Source of the DNA: a virus
Lineage: Duplodnaviria > Caudoviricetes
Direction: 5' to 3' (one strand)
DNA: 64,000 nucleotides
IMG/VR virus record: IMGVR_UViG_3300037400_002699
Span: 1 to 64,000 of that record
Shown piece after piece: positions 45,473-56,100 of this stretch (positions are counted from its first letter, which is position 1; each line of letters begins with the position of its first letter). A program made the position numbers and the translations under genes. The notes below the pieces were generated by a model. That model made no database searches and was not told where the DNA came from. It was given only the letters and a program-made list of their open reading frames with translations.

Positions 45473-47956
45473 TTATTTAATTTCAATCTGCTCATTTGAG
45501 CATGACGCGCTGAATACGTAGTTTGACGGATATTCGTTCGTCAACATGAGGTCTGTAATTTTATCCTCTAAGTTGGTCTGTATAAGCCTTATGATAGGTC
45601 TAGCACCGAACTCCTTGGATTTGAGGGCTTCTGCATGTATACAGGTAACAACATCATCAGTATACGTAATACTATACTCTAACGTATTAAGCCTCTTATT
45701 AAACTTATCTATTTCTAATTTAACAATATCTCTAAGATTATCATCTGATAATGAATTGAAATATACTATCTGGTCCAATCTATTAATAAACTCTGGAGTA
45801 AATTTTTTCTTTAATTCCTTATCAATAATAGATTTCTTATTAGATTCCTCACTGTTAACGAAACCAAGACCATTACCAAGCTCTGCTGCCTTCCTAGCAC
45901 CTATATTCGAGGTCATGAGGACGATAACATTCTTGAAGTTGACAATCTGTCCAGCACTGTCCGTAAGTCGTCCCTCGTCGAATAACTGAAGGAATATGTT
46001 ATAAACCTCCTGGTCTGCCTTTTCAATCTCATCAAGGAGTAATACACAGTGCTGCTTGTGCTTCACAGCCTCAGTAAGCTGCCCACCGTTCTCGTAACCT
46101 ACATATCCTGGTGCTGCTCCAGTAAGCTTTGCTACAGAGTTTTTCTCTGAGTATTCAGACATATCAATCCTTATGAGTGCCTTCTCGTCTCCGAAGATTT
46201 CCTCAGCCAGCTTCTTGGCAATGAGAGTCTTACCAGAACCAGTAGGGCCTACCATTAAGATATTAGCTAGTGTTTTCGACTTGTCACCAAGTCCTACCTT
46301 GTTTCTCTTGATAACCCTGCAAACGCTGTCAACTGCCTCGTCCTGCCCTATGATACTCTCCTTGAGAATCTTGTCGATGTTGGCAATCTTAGCCTTCTCA
46401 CTGACTGACAGCTTGCTCACTGGAATCTTGGTCATTTCAGACACAACGTCTGCAATGTTGTCCTCAGTGATTTCTATTGTATCTATCTTAAGCTTCTTAA
46501 TGTCTCTCTTATAGTCTGCCATGTCTGAAGCCAGTACGTTCTCTTCTATCGTGAGTGAGTCAATGAGTTCAAAGTCTCCGTTATTAAGTGCTGTGTATTT
46601 CTCATTCTCAATTTCTCTCATTCTCTTTTTCGTATTCTGTATTTCTACTGGTTCTCTCTCCAGGAGTGATGTACCAGCACCAGCAAGGTCTATGATATCG
46701 AATGCTGAGTCTGGAAGACACCTGTCAGTAATGTATCTGTCAGCAAGTTCAATTGCTTTCTTAATGGTTTTATCACTGTATGTAACCCTGTGGAATTCTT
46801 CATAATATCTCTTGTTGTGGTCAAGGATTGCAGTCGCCTCCTCTATCGTGTTAGGCTCAATGACAATCTTCTGTAACTTTCTTGAAATAGATGAATTACT
46901 TTCTATTGAGTTCCTGTATTCCTTAAATGTAGTAGTACCGATAATCTTCAGTTTACCTTCTGATAAGGCGTTACTAATCATACCAGATATGTCAGTGTCC
47001 TTATCCTTGCTTCCACTCTTCAATACATTCTGCATGTCGTCGATGAACAGGATATACTTGTCGGATGCTTGTAATTCAGTGAACAATCCATTGATTCTCT
47101 CCTCGAACATTCCTCTAAAGTGTGTTCCACTTACCAATGCCATGATGTTGAGCATTACAATCTCCTTACCTTCAAGCACTGATGGAACTTTACCTTCTTC
47201 AATGAGGTTTGCAAGCCCATAGACGATAGCTGTCTTTCCGCAGCCTCCACGTCCTACCAGAACTGCATTGTTCTTCTTTCTTCTGGAAAGGGTCTTAATG
47301 ATTTCCTTTATCTCATTTTCTCTCCCAATCACGTCGTCAATCTCACCGTTCTTAGCCATCTTGTTGAGGCTTGTGGTGTATTTCGTGATGAAGTCGTCAG
47401 CCAGACTTGACACTGATTTGGCATTGACCTGGCTCTTGAGAGGTATACCATTTCCCTTTGCCTTGAGACCCTTCGGAGCTTTCAACTCACCCTTCTCTTT
47501 ATTAGGAGTATCGCACTTGTTCTGTATGAACTCGTACTCAAGTCTGAACTTGTCGAACACTTCTGCGTTCTTGAATCCGTACTCCTTATTGAGAACAGCA
47601 AGCAGGATGTGTTCTGTTCCTATTTCTATATTCTTTAATTTATCTCTTTCCTTTTGGGCACACTCAAGCAATCTCACCAGCTCATCATTAAATCTGATGT
47701 CGTCCATTTTCACTTGAGGGTTCATATGCGATTCAATAGCAGACACATACACCTTCCTCAGCTCATCCAGGTTGTTTGACATAAGACAGTTGTCAAGGAT
47801 AAGGTTCGCATGACAGTTTCTAATGTCCAGCATTGATAAAATAAGGTACTCTGGTGTAAGTAAGTCCGTAGGGAATTCATGAATGAGGGTATCAGTCATA
47901 TATGACATTACCTCATTAAGTTCTAATGTGTAAGAATTATCTTTTTTTCTACTCAT
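45473..47956 (-). CDS. clpC: ClpC-like Hsp100 AAA+ ATPase
   Basis: Clp-N repeats (TPEYLIL, GTEHILL), VIGRENEI..LSRRKKNN, GCGKT, LPD.A.D..D.AG, UVR-like M domain, GPTGSGKT, DMSEY, PGYVGY, DEIEKA, LGF loop, FGARP. Confidence 0.9.
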   Translation of the reverse strand: MSRKKDNSYTLELNEVMSYMTDTLIHEFPTDLLTPEYLILSMLDIRNCHANLILDNCLMSNNLDELRKVYVSAIESHMNPQVKMDDIRFNDELVRLLECAQKERDKLKNIEIGTEHILLAVLNKEYGFKNAEVFDKFRLEYEFIQNKCDTPNKEKGELKAPKGLKAKGNGIPLKSQVNAKSVSSLADDFITKYTTSLNKMAKNGEIDDVIGRENEIKEIIKTLSRRKKNNAVLVGRGGCGKTAIVYGLANLIEEGKVPSVLEGKEIVMLNIMALVSGTHFRGMFEERINGLFTELQASDKYILFIDDMQNVLKSGSKDKDTDISGMISNALSEGKLKIIGTTTFKEYRNSIESNSSISRKLQKIVIEPNTIEEATAILDHNKRYYEEFHRVTYSDKTIKKAIELADRYITDRCLPDSAFDIIDLAGAGTSLLEREPVEIQNTKKRMREIENEKYTALNNGDFELIDSLTIEENVLASDMADYKRDIKKLKIDTIEITEDNIADVVSEMTKIPVSKLSVSEKAKIANIDKILKESIIGQDEAVDSVCRVIKRNKVGLGDKSKTLANILMVGPTGSGKTLIAKKLAEEIFGDEKALIRIDMSEYSEKNSVAKLTGAAPGYVGYENGGQLTEAVKHKQHCVLLLDEIEKADQEVYNIFLQLFDEGRLTDSAGQIVNFKNVIVLMTSNIGARKAAELGNGLGFVNSEESNKKSIIDKELKKKFTPEFINRLDQIVYFNSLSDDNLRDIVKLEIDKFNKRLNTLEYSITYTDDVVTCIHAEALKSKEFGARPIIRLIQTNLEDKITDLMLTNEYPSNYVFSASCSNEQIEIK

Positions 47957-48081
47957 AATTTTTTTTTGTTTTACATAATAAAATGTAATCATTGACGTTT
48001 AAAAAACAATAAAAAAAGTTTGTAATTTTCTTGCTTTTTTAACATTTTTTATATATCTTTGCAAAAAATAGTTAAGAGACT

Positions 48082-48576
48082 ATGAAGATTTTTAATTTCT
48101 ATTCGAACGATGTTGACAGGACGTGGTATCAGTCCTCTAACATCAAGTACAGCGAGTGCATTGACCATGACAATGACTTGAAGACGTTGATTGTGGTATT
48201 CAACAATGGCACTCAATACAGGTATGAAAAGGTGGATGTCAGAGACTATCTGCTTTTTAAGAACGATGAAAGCCAGGGAAGGGCATTGAATCAGTACATC
48301 AAAACCAAGGGTTATGCCTTTGAGAAGATGGAGAATGCCGACCTAGCTACTCTTGATGGTGAACTCAGCTTCAGAATGGAAGGTGGTGTGTTCATCGACT
48401 ACGACGGTAAAATTATCAAGATGAGGAACAACAAGGATGAGGTTGTGTTCGAGAAGGAGGTAAAGCTTAACAAGGACGCTCTCAATGTCATTTGCGGCAT
48501 CTTGGTAGCTGCTGGTAAGGATGTTAAACTAATCACTACGGAGGAATTCGACAATGGAGAAACAGGAGAAGATTAG
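48082..48576 (+). CDS. KTSC domain protein
   Basis: SSNI...L.V.FNNGT.YRY..V...Y......S.G...N.YIK; promoter TATCTTTG at 48054. Confidence 0.78.
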   Translation: MKIFNFYSNDVDRTWYQSSNIKYSECIDHDNDLKTLIVVFNNGTQYRYEKVDVRDYLLFKNDESQGRALNQYIKTKGYAFEKMENADLATLDGELSFRMEGGVFIDYDGKIIKMRNNKDEVVFEKEVKLNKDALNVICGILVAAGKDVKLITTEEFDNGETGED

Positions 48577-48865
48577 ACAGTACGAGAGGGCACTTGAAAT
48601 GTGGGGAGTGACTGCACAGTTCAAGATGTTGGTTGAAGAGATTGGAGAGTTATTTGCGGCTCTTGGAAAATTTGACAGGAGACGTGTTGAGGAAGATGAT
48701 GTCATAACTGAGATTGCTGATGCATCCATCATGGTTGAGCAAATGGCAACACTTTTTGGATATGACAGATTCGAAGCAGAGAAGGATAGAAAATTACAAA
48801 GATTAAAGGAAAGGCTAGATAAACATGACGAACAAAAGCATAAGCCAGAGGCTCAAGGAAATTGA
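48554..48865 (+). CDS. MazG-like nucleotide pyrophosphohydrolase
   Basis: EEIGEL ... EIADA motifs. Confidence 0.8.
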   Translation: MEKQEKIRQYERALEMWGVTAQFKMLVEEIGELFAALGKFDRRRVEEDDVITEIADASIMVEQMATLFGYDRFEAEKDRKLQRLKERLDKHDEQKHKPEAQGN

Positions 48866-49046
48866 TGAGGAAATATCTGCGCTCTACCAGGAGAAGCATA
48901 TGTTGGAAATGGAACAGCAGGAGTATTGGAGAAAGATGGGCTGGACAGGAACTTTCATTGCAAAGGCTGAAGACGTGCCTATAGCTTGGATGGCTGACTC
49001 AGAAGATAACTTAGATAAACTGTACGAGTATGGGAATACTTATTAG
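48825..49046 (+). CDS. Hypothetical protein
   Basis: 73 aa coiled-coil-like ORF. Confidence 0.55.
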   Translation: MTNKSISQRLKEIDEEISALYQEKHMLEMEQQEYWRKMGWTGTFIAKAEDVPIAWMADSEDNLDKLYEYGNTY

Positions 49047-49581
49047 TTCATTTCCTGGGTGTGGTAAGACTTACTTAATGAACACTCACGGAAGCAAGGC
49101 AAAGATGCTTGATGCAACAACGCTGATGGGAGGAGGACAAGATGGCGAATACAACTACAACCTGTGGGTTGACAACATAATGGATGAGGTCGATGACTAC
49201 GATATTGTCTTTGTTCCAGTTGCAGAAAGGTTGCTTGAAACATTGAATAACAGAAAGATTGACTATGATATTTTCTACCCATCAAAGGACAGGAGAAAGG
49301 AGTTCCTGGAGAATATGGTTAGGAAAAGAGCCTTGAGAAATGATATAATGATGCTTGACAGGGAGTTTGATAAAATTGTTGACAGAATAGATGCAATTGA
49401 GTCTGACAACTGTTACAAGCACAAGATGGAGGAACTTGGTCACTTCATAGGCAATGATGCTGCCATCATGCAGTATATAAATAATGTAGAGTTAAATAAT
49501 AAAAAAAATGAGCAGAAACCTAGCGAAGGAGTGGAGGAATCTCCACGAGGCAAGGAGGATAATGAGGAGGATGAAGCATGA
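49030..49581 (+). CDS. P-loop kinase-like protein
   Basis: ISSFPGCGKT Walker A. Confidence 0.7.
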   Translation: MGILISSFPGCGKTYLMNTHGSKAKMLDATTLMGGGQDGEYNYNLWVDNIMDEVDDYDIVFVPVAERLLETLNNRKIDYDIFYPSKDRRKEFLENMVRKRALRNDIMMLDREFDKIVDRIDAIESDNCYKHKMEELGHFIGNDAAIMQYINNVELNNKKNEQKPSEGVEESPRGKEDNEEDEA

Positions 49582-49663
49582 GCTTCGTGAACTCGATGGT
49601 ATGATGGCAACCGCATGGAAGGAAGTATGCCAACCAGCTAATAATTAATTAAATTAGTATTAT

Positions 49664-50779
49664 ATGAATAATGTAGACAAACAATATCTCTCATTATTAT
49701 CCGATATAATGGAAAATGGTGTTGAGAAGGATACGAGGGCTGGACGTGTCAAGTCCTTATTTGGAAAACAGCTTAGGTTCGACCTCAAGAAGGGATTTCC
49801 ACTGCTTACAACCAAGAAGGTGTTCACCAAGGGTGTTATTCATGAATTGCTGTGGTTCTTACAACGTCCGTACAATTCTCATGGAAGTATGAATATAGAG
49901 TACCTTGTGAGGAATAAGGTATATATCTGGAATGATGACGCTTATAGATGGTACAAGGAATGGATTAATAAAAACATTGTAGAACCACATGAAGTTGATT
50001 ATGAGTTTTTTGTTTGCGTTGGCGATGATGAAAGAGGTAATAAGCCTGGCTTTGAATATTGGATAGATGGTGCTAACAAGAAGGGAAACTTGGAGTGGTT
50101 AATCAATATTGACAAAGAAGAATTCATTGACCTTGTTATCCAAAAGGTTGAAATCCGTACAAACACACATTACAGTTACGTAGGTCAAAAGGTGTATAGA
50201 TTCGGTGACTTAGGACCTGTTTATGGTGCTCAATGGCGTTCATTTGGCTATAGAAGCTATAAAAAAATAGACCAGATACAGAATATCATTGACACCCTTA
50301 AGACCAATCCAAATGACAGGAGAATGCTCTGTGTGGCATATCATCCAGCATTCATCAAGGACATGGCATTGCCTCCTTGTCACGTGATGTTCCAGTTCTA
50401 CACCAGAGAGCTTACGGAGGCTGAGAAGAAAGAATATGGCGTTGACTATGGACTCAGCTGTATGTGGGTACAGCGTAGCGTTGACACGGTATTAGGACTG
50501 CCATTTAACATTGCCTCGTATGCTCTGCTAACGCATATAATAGCTAAGCAGGTCGGAATGATACCAGATGAACTTATAGGAAGTCTTGGCGACTGTCACA
50601 TATATGAAGCTCATTTTGATGCTGTTAAGGAACAGTTGTCTAGAGAAGGTAGTAAAAATTTACCAAAGCTAGAAATTGAAGGAGAACACATAATGATTGA
50701 AGACTTCAAATTTGAAGAGTTTAAAATAGTGGGTTATGAACCAGACCCACCGATTAAAGCACCATTGTTAGTAGGATAA
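49664..50779 (+). CDS. thyA: Thymidylate synthase
   Basis: FPLLTTKK, ELLWFL, LGPVYG.QWR, MALPPCH, QRSVD..LGLPFNIASY, GDCHIY; contains a large insertion. Confidence 0.95.
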   Translation: MNNVDKQYLSLLSDIMENGVEKDTRAGRVKSLFGKQLRFDLKKGFPLLTTKKVFTKGVIHELLWFLQRPYNSHGSMNIEYLVRNKVYIWNDDAYRWYKEWINKNIVEPHEVDYEFFVCVGDDERGNKPGFEYWIDGANKKGNLEWLINIDKEEFIDLVIQKVEIRTNTHYSYVGQKVYRFGDLGPVYGAQWRSFGYRSYKKIDQIQNIIDTLKTNPNDRRMLCVAYHPAFIKDMALPPCHVMFQFYTRELTEAEKKEYGVDYGLSCMWVQRSVDTVLGLPFNIASYALLTHIIAKQVGMIPDELIGSLGDCHIYEAHFDAVKEQLSREGSKNLPKLEIEGEHIMIEDFKFEEFKIVGYEPDPPIKAPLLVG

Positions 50780-51436
50780 ATGGAAAATAATAGAAAGAAA
50801 GACATGAATGTTGAACGTGAGATTGCAGCATTCCTTGACGAATATTTATATTCAAATAATGAACTATTCTCTGAATTTGCAAGAACAGATGGGAAAGATG
50901 AACAAATAAGCGGCTCAGACCTTATTTTAAGTACCTCTGACAAGAGATTATACAGAGTTGTGGTAGATGAGAAGGTTGCTGCAAGATATGCGAACACAGG
51001 ACTTGACACATTCTCTCTTGAGTTATCGTTTATTGGCAAAGGTGAAAAGAAAAGATGTGGTTGGTTTCTTGATTATTCCAAGAAAACCCAATATTATCTA
51101 CTTGGGTGGATTGTAAAGGCTGATATACAGTATGATGAACAAAAGAAGAGGTATGATACTGACAGCATTACAAAAGAGAATATAAAGGAACTTGATTGGT
51201 GTCTTGTATCAAGGGAGAAGATTGTAAAGTTTCTTGAAAAGAAGGGCTGGACTCTTGATAAATTATCAAAGCAAGACCAGAGCATAAGAGGGAGAGGATA
51301 CGTCAAGACAAAGGAGTTTGTTGATGGTATCTCCTTTAGATACAGTGATAGGTATATTGAAAAGCCAATTAATATTTTACTAAAGAAACAAACATATATT
51401 GATTTGTCTGACTATCACGGGAAAATAATGTGCTAA
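50780..51436 (+). CDS. PD-(D/E)xK nuclease-like protein
   Basis: Q..GSDLI...VDEK..., F.LELSF, GWF pattern. Confidence 0.6.
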   Translation: MENNRKKDMNVEREIAAFLDEYLYSNNELFSEFARTDGKDEQISGSDLILSTSDKRLYRVVVDEKVAARYANTGLDTFSLELSFIGKGEKKRCGWFLDYSKKTQYYLLGWIVKADIQYDEQKKRYDTDSITKENIKELDWCLVSREKIVKFLEKKGWTLDKLSKQDQSIRGRGYVKTKEFVDGISFRYSDRYIEKPINILLKKQTYIDLSDYHGKIMC

Positions 51437-51447
51437 AAAAAAATTAA

Positions 51448-51975
51448 ATGATAAATAGAAAACTTAATGAGACAGTTAGGCAATTTTATTTTACTGGACG
51501 GTTGGATGAGGATTTCGTAATGGATTCTGTTAAATATACGCTTGGCGGGGCTGTTGAAAGGTCTACTCAGTCTGAGGACAAATATGACCATATAGACTTC
51601 TGGTGGGACAGCCCAAAGAAGGGAAGGATTGGAATTGATGTCAAGGGGATAAAAAGGAACAGTAGGGGTGATGAAAAGCAAGATGACAGTATACAGTGGC
51701 TTGAGTTACAAGGAATAACAGGTAAGCCTGGGTGGTTATATGGGAAGGCTGAGTATATTGCATTCAGAACGTTCAGCAAGATAATATTTGTAAAGCGTGA
51801 AAAACTGCTTTCTTTTGCTCTAGAATGCGTTAAAGGTAAGGAGACGGTATATGACACGCCAAAGGAGTGTTACGTGCCTTACAAGCGAAAGAAATGGGGT
51901 AGGGATGACCTTTCATTCAAGGTTAATACCAGTGATTTGGAGGAAATTGCAGATTTCTGCATTGATTGTGCTTAA
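51448..51975 (+). CDS. PD-(D/E)xK nuclease-like protein
   Basis: HIDF...IGIDVKG, WLEL..G..GWLYG.A.YIAF. Confidence 0.7.
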   Translation: MINRKLNETVRQFYFTGRLDEDFVMDSVKYTLGGAVERSTQSEDKYDHIDFWWDSPKKGRIGIDVKGIKRNSRGDEKQDDSIQWLELQGITGKPGWLYGKAEYIAFRTFSKIIFVKREKLLSFALECVKGKETVYDTPKECYVPYKRKKWGRDDLSFKVNTSDLEEIADFCIDCA

Positions 51976-52028
51976 GATACTTGTACGCAAGTGTAGCTGT
52001 AATTAAGGTACTGAGAGGTCAGTACCTT

Positions 52029-52739
52029 TTATTTTGGAATTCTATTAAGTTTCCATATGGACGTTTGTATGTAATCAAACGCTAAATATATTGGATTTTT
52101 CATGAACCTATCATCAGAATCTACAACTTCATCACGAGTCTTTTTCATTTCTTTTTCAAGAGTTTCTACGTTAAGTTTTCCTGTGAATCTATTCTTAGAG
52201 TACAGCCAAACTAGCATATCATTAATATCATCAAGTCTACCTATACTCCAAAGAGCCAAAGGTTTAAGCTGTCCGTTAAGATACTTATCAAAGAATCCTT
52301 TGTCAATAAGGTCTGCAACAGCCTTTTTACAGTCCCTATTTGTCTCATAGTTATTTCTTTCCTGTTCTATAAGCATATAATCGTATAATTCTTCAAGTGA
52401 CATATTCTTAAACTGTGGCTTTATTTTTTTTTCAACATATTCAACCTGCTTTTTTGAGAATGGTATATTACCTATTGAATGATATATCTTGTAATCATCA
52501 AATTCTGGAAGTTTCTCGCCATTATCAATCATCTTAATTGTTTTTGCAAATGCTATCTGATGTATAATTTTGTCTTTATTACCATTATATCTGCTTTGGT
52601 AGTAGGGGTAAAACAGCCATCTAGCTTTATTCATCTTGTCATTTGTGACGAAAAAATCACCATCCTGGTAAAAATTATTATTTCCAGGATTACCAAATAG
52701 TGATACAAACTTGGCTTTTGTTATTTTTACTCTTTTCAT
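52029..52739 (-). CDS. Hypothetical late protein
   Basis: 236 aa; minus-strand TATTTATA at 52754-52761. Confidence 0.7.
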   Translation of the reverse strand: MKRVKITKAKFVSLFGNPGNNNFYQDGDFFVTNDKMNKARWLFYPYYQSRYNGNKDKIIHQIAFAKTIKMIDNGEKLPEFDDYKIYHSIGNIPFSKKQVEYVEKKIKPQFKNMSLEELYDYMLIEQERNNYETNRDCKKAVADLIDKGFFDKYLNGQLKPLALWSIGRLDDINDMLVWLYSKNRFTGKLNVETLEKEMKKTRDEVVDSDDRFMKNPIYLAFDYIQTSIWKLNRIPK

Positions 52740-52753
52740 CTGCCTTTTTTTGT

Positions 52754-52772
52754 TATAAATAGAGTATTTATA
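52754..52772. promoter_or_regulatory. Back-to-back divergent late promoter pair
   Basis: TATAAATA-gag-TATTTATA between divergent genes 52739(-) and 52803(+). Confidence 0.6.
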
Positions 52773-52802
52773 GAGAAATAACTTTATAAATTACATTTTG
52801 AT

Positions 52803-53141
52803 ATGAAGAGTAATATATTAGACTACATGTACGAGGGTTATGGCTATGATATGGATAACCAGCTCCTTTATGTTGACGTTGAGAATTACGAAGAGGCTCT
52901 TACAGAGGTGTCAAAGATGTCAACCGCTGGAATGGAGACCCTTACACACCAGGGTATCGTAGGTCACGAGCCACAGCTTAAGGTTGAGGATGCTAGGAAG
53001 TACTCAGAAGTTGGACAGTTCATTTCTGAGAATGGTGCTAACTACACAGACCTTAGACAGGGTGTTTGTGCTTGCAACGCTAACGGTTCTACCAACCCAA
53101 GTCCAGTTGAGCCAGAGGATGGTGGAGAGAATGGTAATTAA
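52803..53141 (+). CDS. Acidic hypothetical late protein
   Basis: 112 aa, highly biased codons. Confidence 0.7.
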   Translation: MKSNILDYMYEGYGYDMDNQLLYVDVENYEEALTEVSKMSTAGMETLTHQGIVGHEPQLKVEDARKYSEVGQFISENGANYTDLRQGVCACNANGSTNPSPVEPEDGGENGN

Positions 53142-53162
53142 TTAGATTTCATATTGTTTTGA

Positions 53163-56100
53163 ATGGGAAAGACTATTAGATTTAACGAGAATGGTTTAAT
53201 AGCAATTAAGGGCAAATTAAACGAAATTATGGTTGGCACTGATGGTGTCAGCCATAATGACGTTTATGGTAATGTTAAGCTATATCATGGCACTACCATC
53301 GATGCATTACTTATGATTATGGAAAGTGGTGTGATGTCAGCGAAGCGTGGAAAACAGCATGGGGAAACATATGGTGTTAATTGGTTCTCGTTGAAGAATG
53401 GTGATAATTTTAATAAGGGGGTATTATTTTCCATTGAAGTCCCAGGGGATGTCTTTAATGAGAGATTTAGGATGATGAATAGCTCTGAGGCAGTATCAAA
53501 GGATGATGACCTGGATATAACTGGTTTTAACCTAACTATTGAAAAGATATGCGGCTTATCAAGAGGGGCTATAAAAAATGCATATGACAGATATGTAAGT
53601 AATGGTGATAGATATCCATTGGAGAGCATTGGATATTTATTTGACCATTTTATTGAAAAAGTGCAAGACGATGACGTTTTGTTCCCTAGCATCTTATATC
53701 ATAATTGGGATAAATATTATCCAATGATTATGAAGAATATACTTGGAAATAATATTAATGAGAGTGTTGCAAAAGAGTTTGCTCCAGTTACTAGTATTGG
53801 TATGGAAAAAGGTGGCGGACCTGGGTTATATGCCCATAAAAAGGAAGTTGATGAAGAAATTGACTTTGATGATAATGGCATGTCAATCAATGACGATAAA
53901 ATACTTGGAAAATACAATCTCAAAGACTTGATACTGTCAAAAACTGGTAACTACGTAACTCTTAACAAAATAGTTGCTAATGAACTTGGTAAGGGGTGTG
54001 GTAGTAAATTTATGGAAGAACTTGCTAGAATTGCCGATAAAAATGGTTGGATTCTAGTTCTTACTCCAGACACTGCATTTGGCGGTTCTTCTGTTTCAAG
54101 GTTGAAGAATTTCTACAAACGATTTGGGTTTGTTCCAAATAAGGGGAAAAATACTGATTTTAACACCAGGGAATCTATGATAAGAAAACCATTAAACGAA
54201 AATAAGTATGATGATTTGTTTGATATACGTAATACAAATAAAAAGATATCAGACTGTGAAGAAGCTATTTCATATTTCAAAAATGTTTCTGATGAGATAA
54301 GGGAGAAAAAGGAGCACATATCTAGTAAATATGGGTGTAAAAGTATGTTTTTTATTGCTAGTATTAATCAAGGGGTAATACAGGCGAACCAGAATGATGT
54401 TAATGAATTTCATAGATTGAGTGACGAAAGGAGAGAAATAGAAGAAAAAATAAAAACTCTCAAAGATTTAATTAAAGAGATAGAGAAGGAAGAAAAAAGG
54501 GAAAAAGAAGCACAAAAGTATCGTTTAGAACAAGAAGAGAATGATAGAATATTTTCTTTAGTAATTGATGAATATGGAACAACAAATAGAATAGAAAATG
54601 CTGAGTATATACTTCCAGACGGAACTATGCTATATTCTGGAGGAGACCATAGAGGTATTGCTAGTATTTATGCTACGAATAATATTAGTATTTTTGATGA
54701 TAAATATCGCTACAATTATGTTGTAGATTTTTTGAATCGTGGCGCAATTAGGTGTCGTATGTTTGACGGGGATGGTATTCTAGATATGACAAGAGAGCCA
54801 ACAGGCAAGCAATACCAAGTTATTAATACATTTGCCCGTTATGCAAGTAATATTAATATAGATTTCACTAGCAATGAAGGAGAAACATTGAATTCAGTAT
54901 CATATTCCAATGCAACGCCACAGAGAATTACTAGCGATATATACAAGTACTATAACGAAGGTATTATACCGCAAGAAAATTCACGATTTGAATCAAAGAA
55001 AAGCAAAAGTATCGTAATATCAGAAAATAAACTTGACGTTATAAAAGAAAATATTGAATCAGAGGTTGAATCGTCAGAGGTTGACCTTTCTTCGTTCAAG
55101 AAACGTGATACACTACCACCAAAGATATGGAAGGATGAAGAGACACTTAACTCAAAGGTTAGATTGAAACTTCTTGACATTGCAGATGACTTCTGGAAGT
55201 TCGTTAACCTTACCTGGGTTGAACCAAAGGGAATTATTATAACTGGCTCTATATGCAACTTCAACTGGTCTAAGTTCTCAGATATAGACCTACACCTAGT
55301 GGTTGACTTTAATGAGATTGACAGCAAAACTGAATTTGTTAAACAATATCTCGATTCGAAGAAGAACGAGTGGAATGCAGAGCATGAGGGATTGAAGATA
55401 ATGGGATTCCCTGTTGAGTTGTATACACAGGATGTTAGCGATAATGTTGAGGCTGGTGGAATATATGACCTGGAGGAGAATGCGTGGATTAGGAAACCTA
55501 ACCCACACACCATTAAGAGCATAGGCCTTGAGAAGTTTGACATCAAGCGCAAGGCGGCTGAGATAATGACAATCATTGATGAAATGTACAAGACATTATC
55601 ATCGACTGATGACGGATATGAAGTAAGTAAGATTGGTGAGGACGCAAGCTACCTATGGGAAAAGGTAAAGAGCTTGAGAAAGAAGAGCCTCACGAAGCGC
55701 GGAGAAAACGGTGCGGGAAATATAGTGTACAAGGTACTTAGAAGAACTGGATACCTTGATAAACTATTTAAATTATTCTCAGCAACATATGATAAGTCAA
55801 ATTCAATAACTGAGGGCGTACAATATGACAGACTTCGCAATGACCAGGTGTTCAGATACCGTGTCATAGCTGATATGGTTAAAGATGGATATGTATTTCA
55901 TGGTACTGGTGAAGACGGAAACGGAGTTGAATGGGATGCTGTTGACCCATCTAAAATAAAGGGTGGCAGCAGAGGAACGTATGGTTATGGTATATACTTT
56001 TCAGACCATGCATATAAGTGTGAGAAATATGCTGGCTACAGTGGTGGGCATTTCATAATAGCAAACATAAAAGGTTTTAACCTCATTAATTTGAGAGACA

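Noticed and set aside
45546-47717. Chain of plus-strand ORFs antisense to clpC
   Set aside because: Typical antisense mirror ORFs; the minus-strand ClpC has all expected motifs.
49900-50200. Intron or intein in thyA
   Set aside because: The reading frame is continuous, and the insertion lacks intein C/S...HN ends or a homing endonuclease motif.
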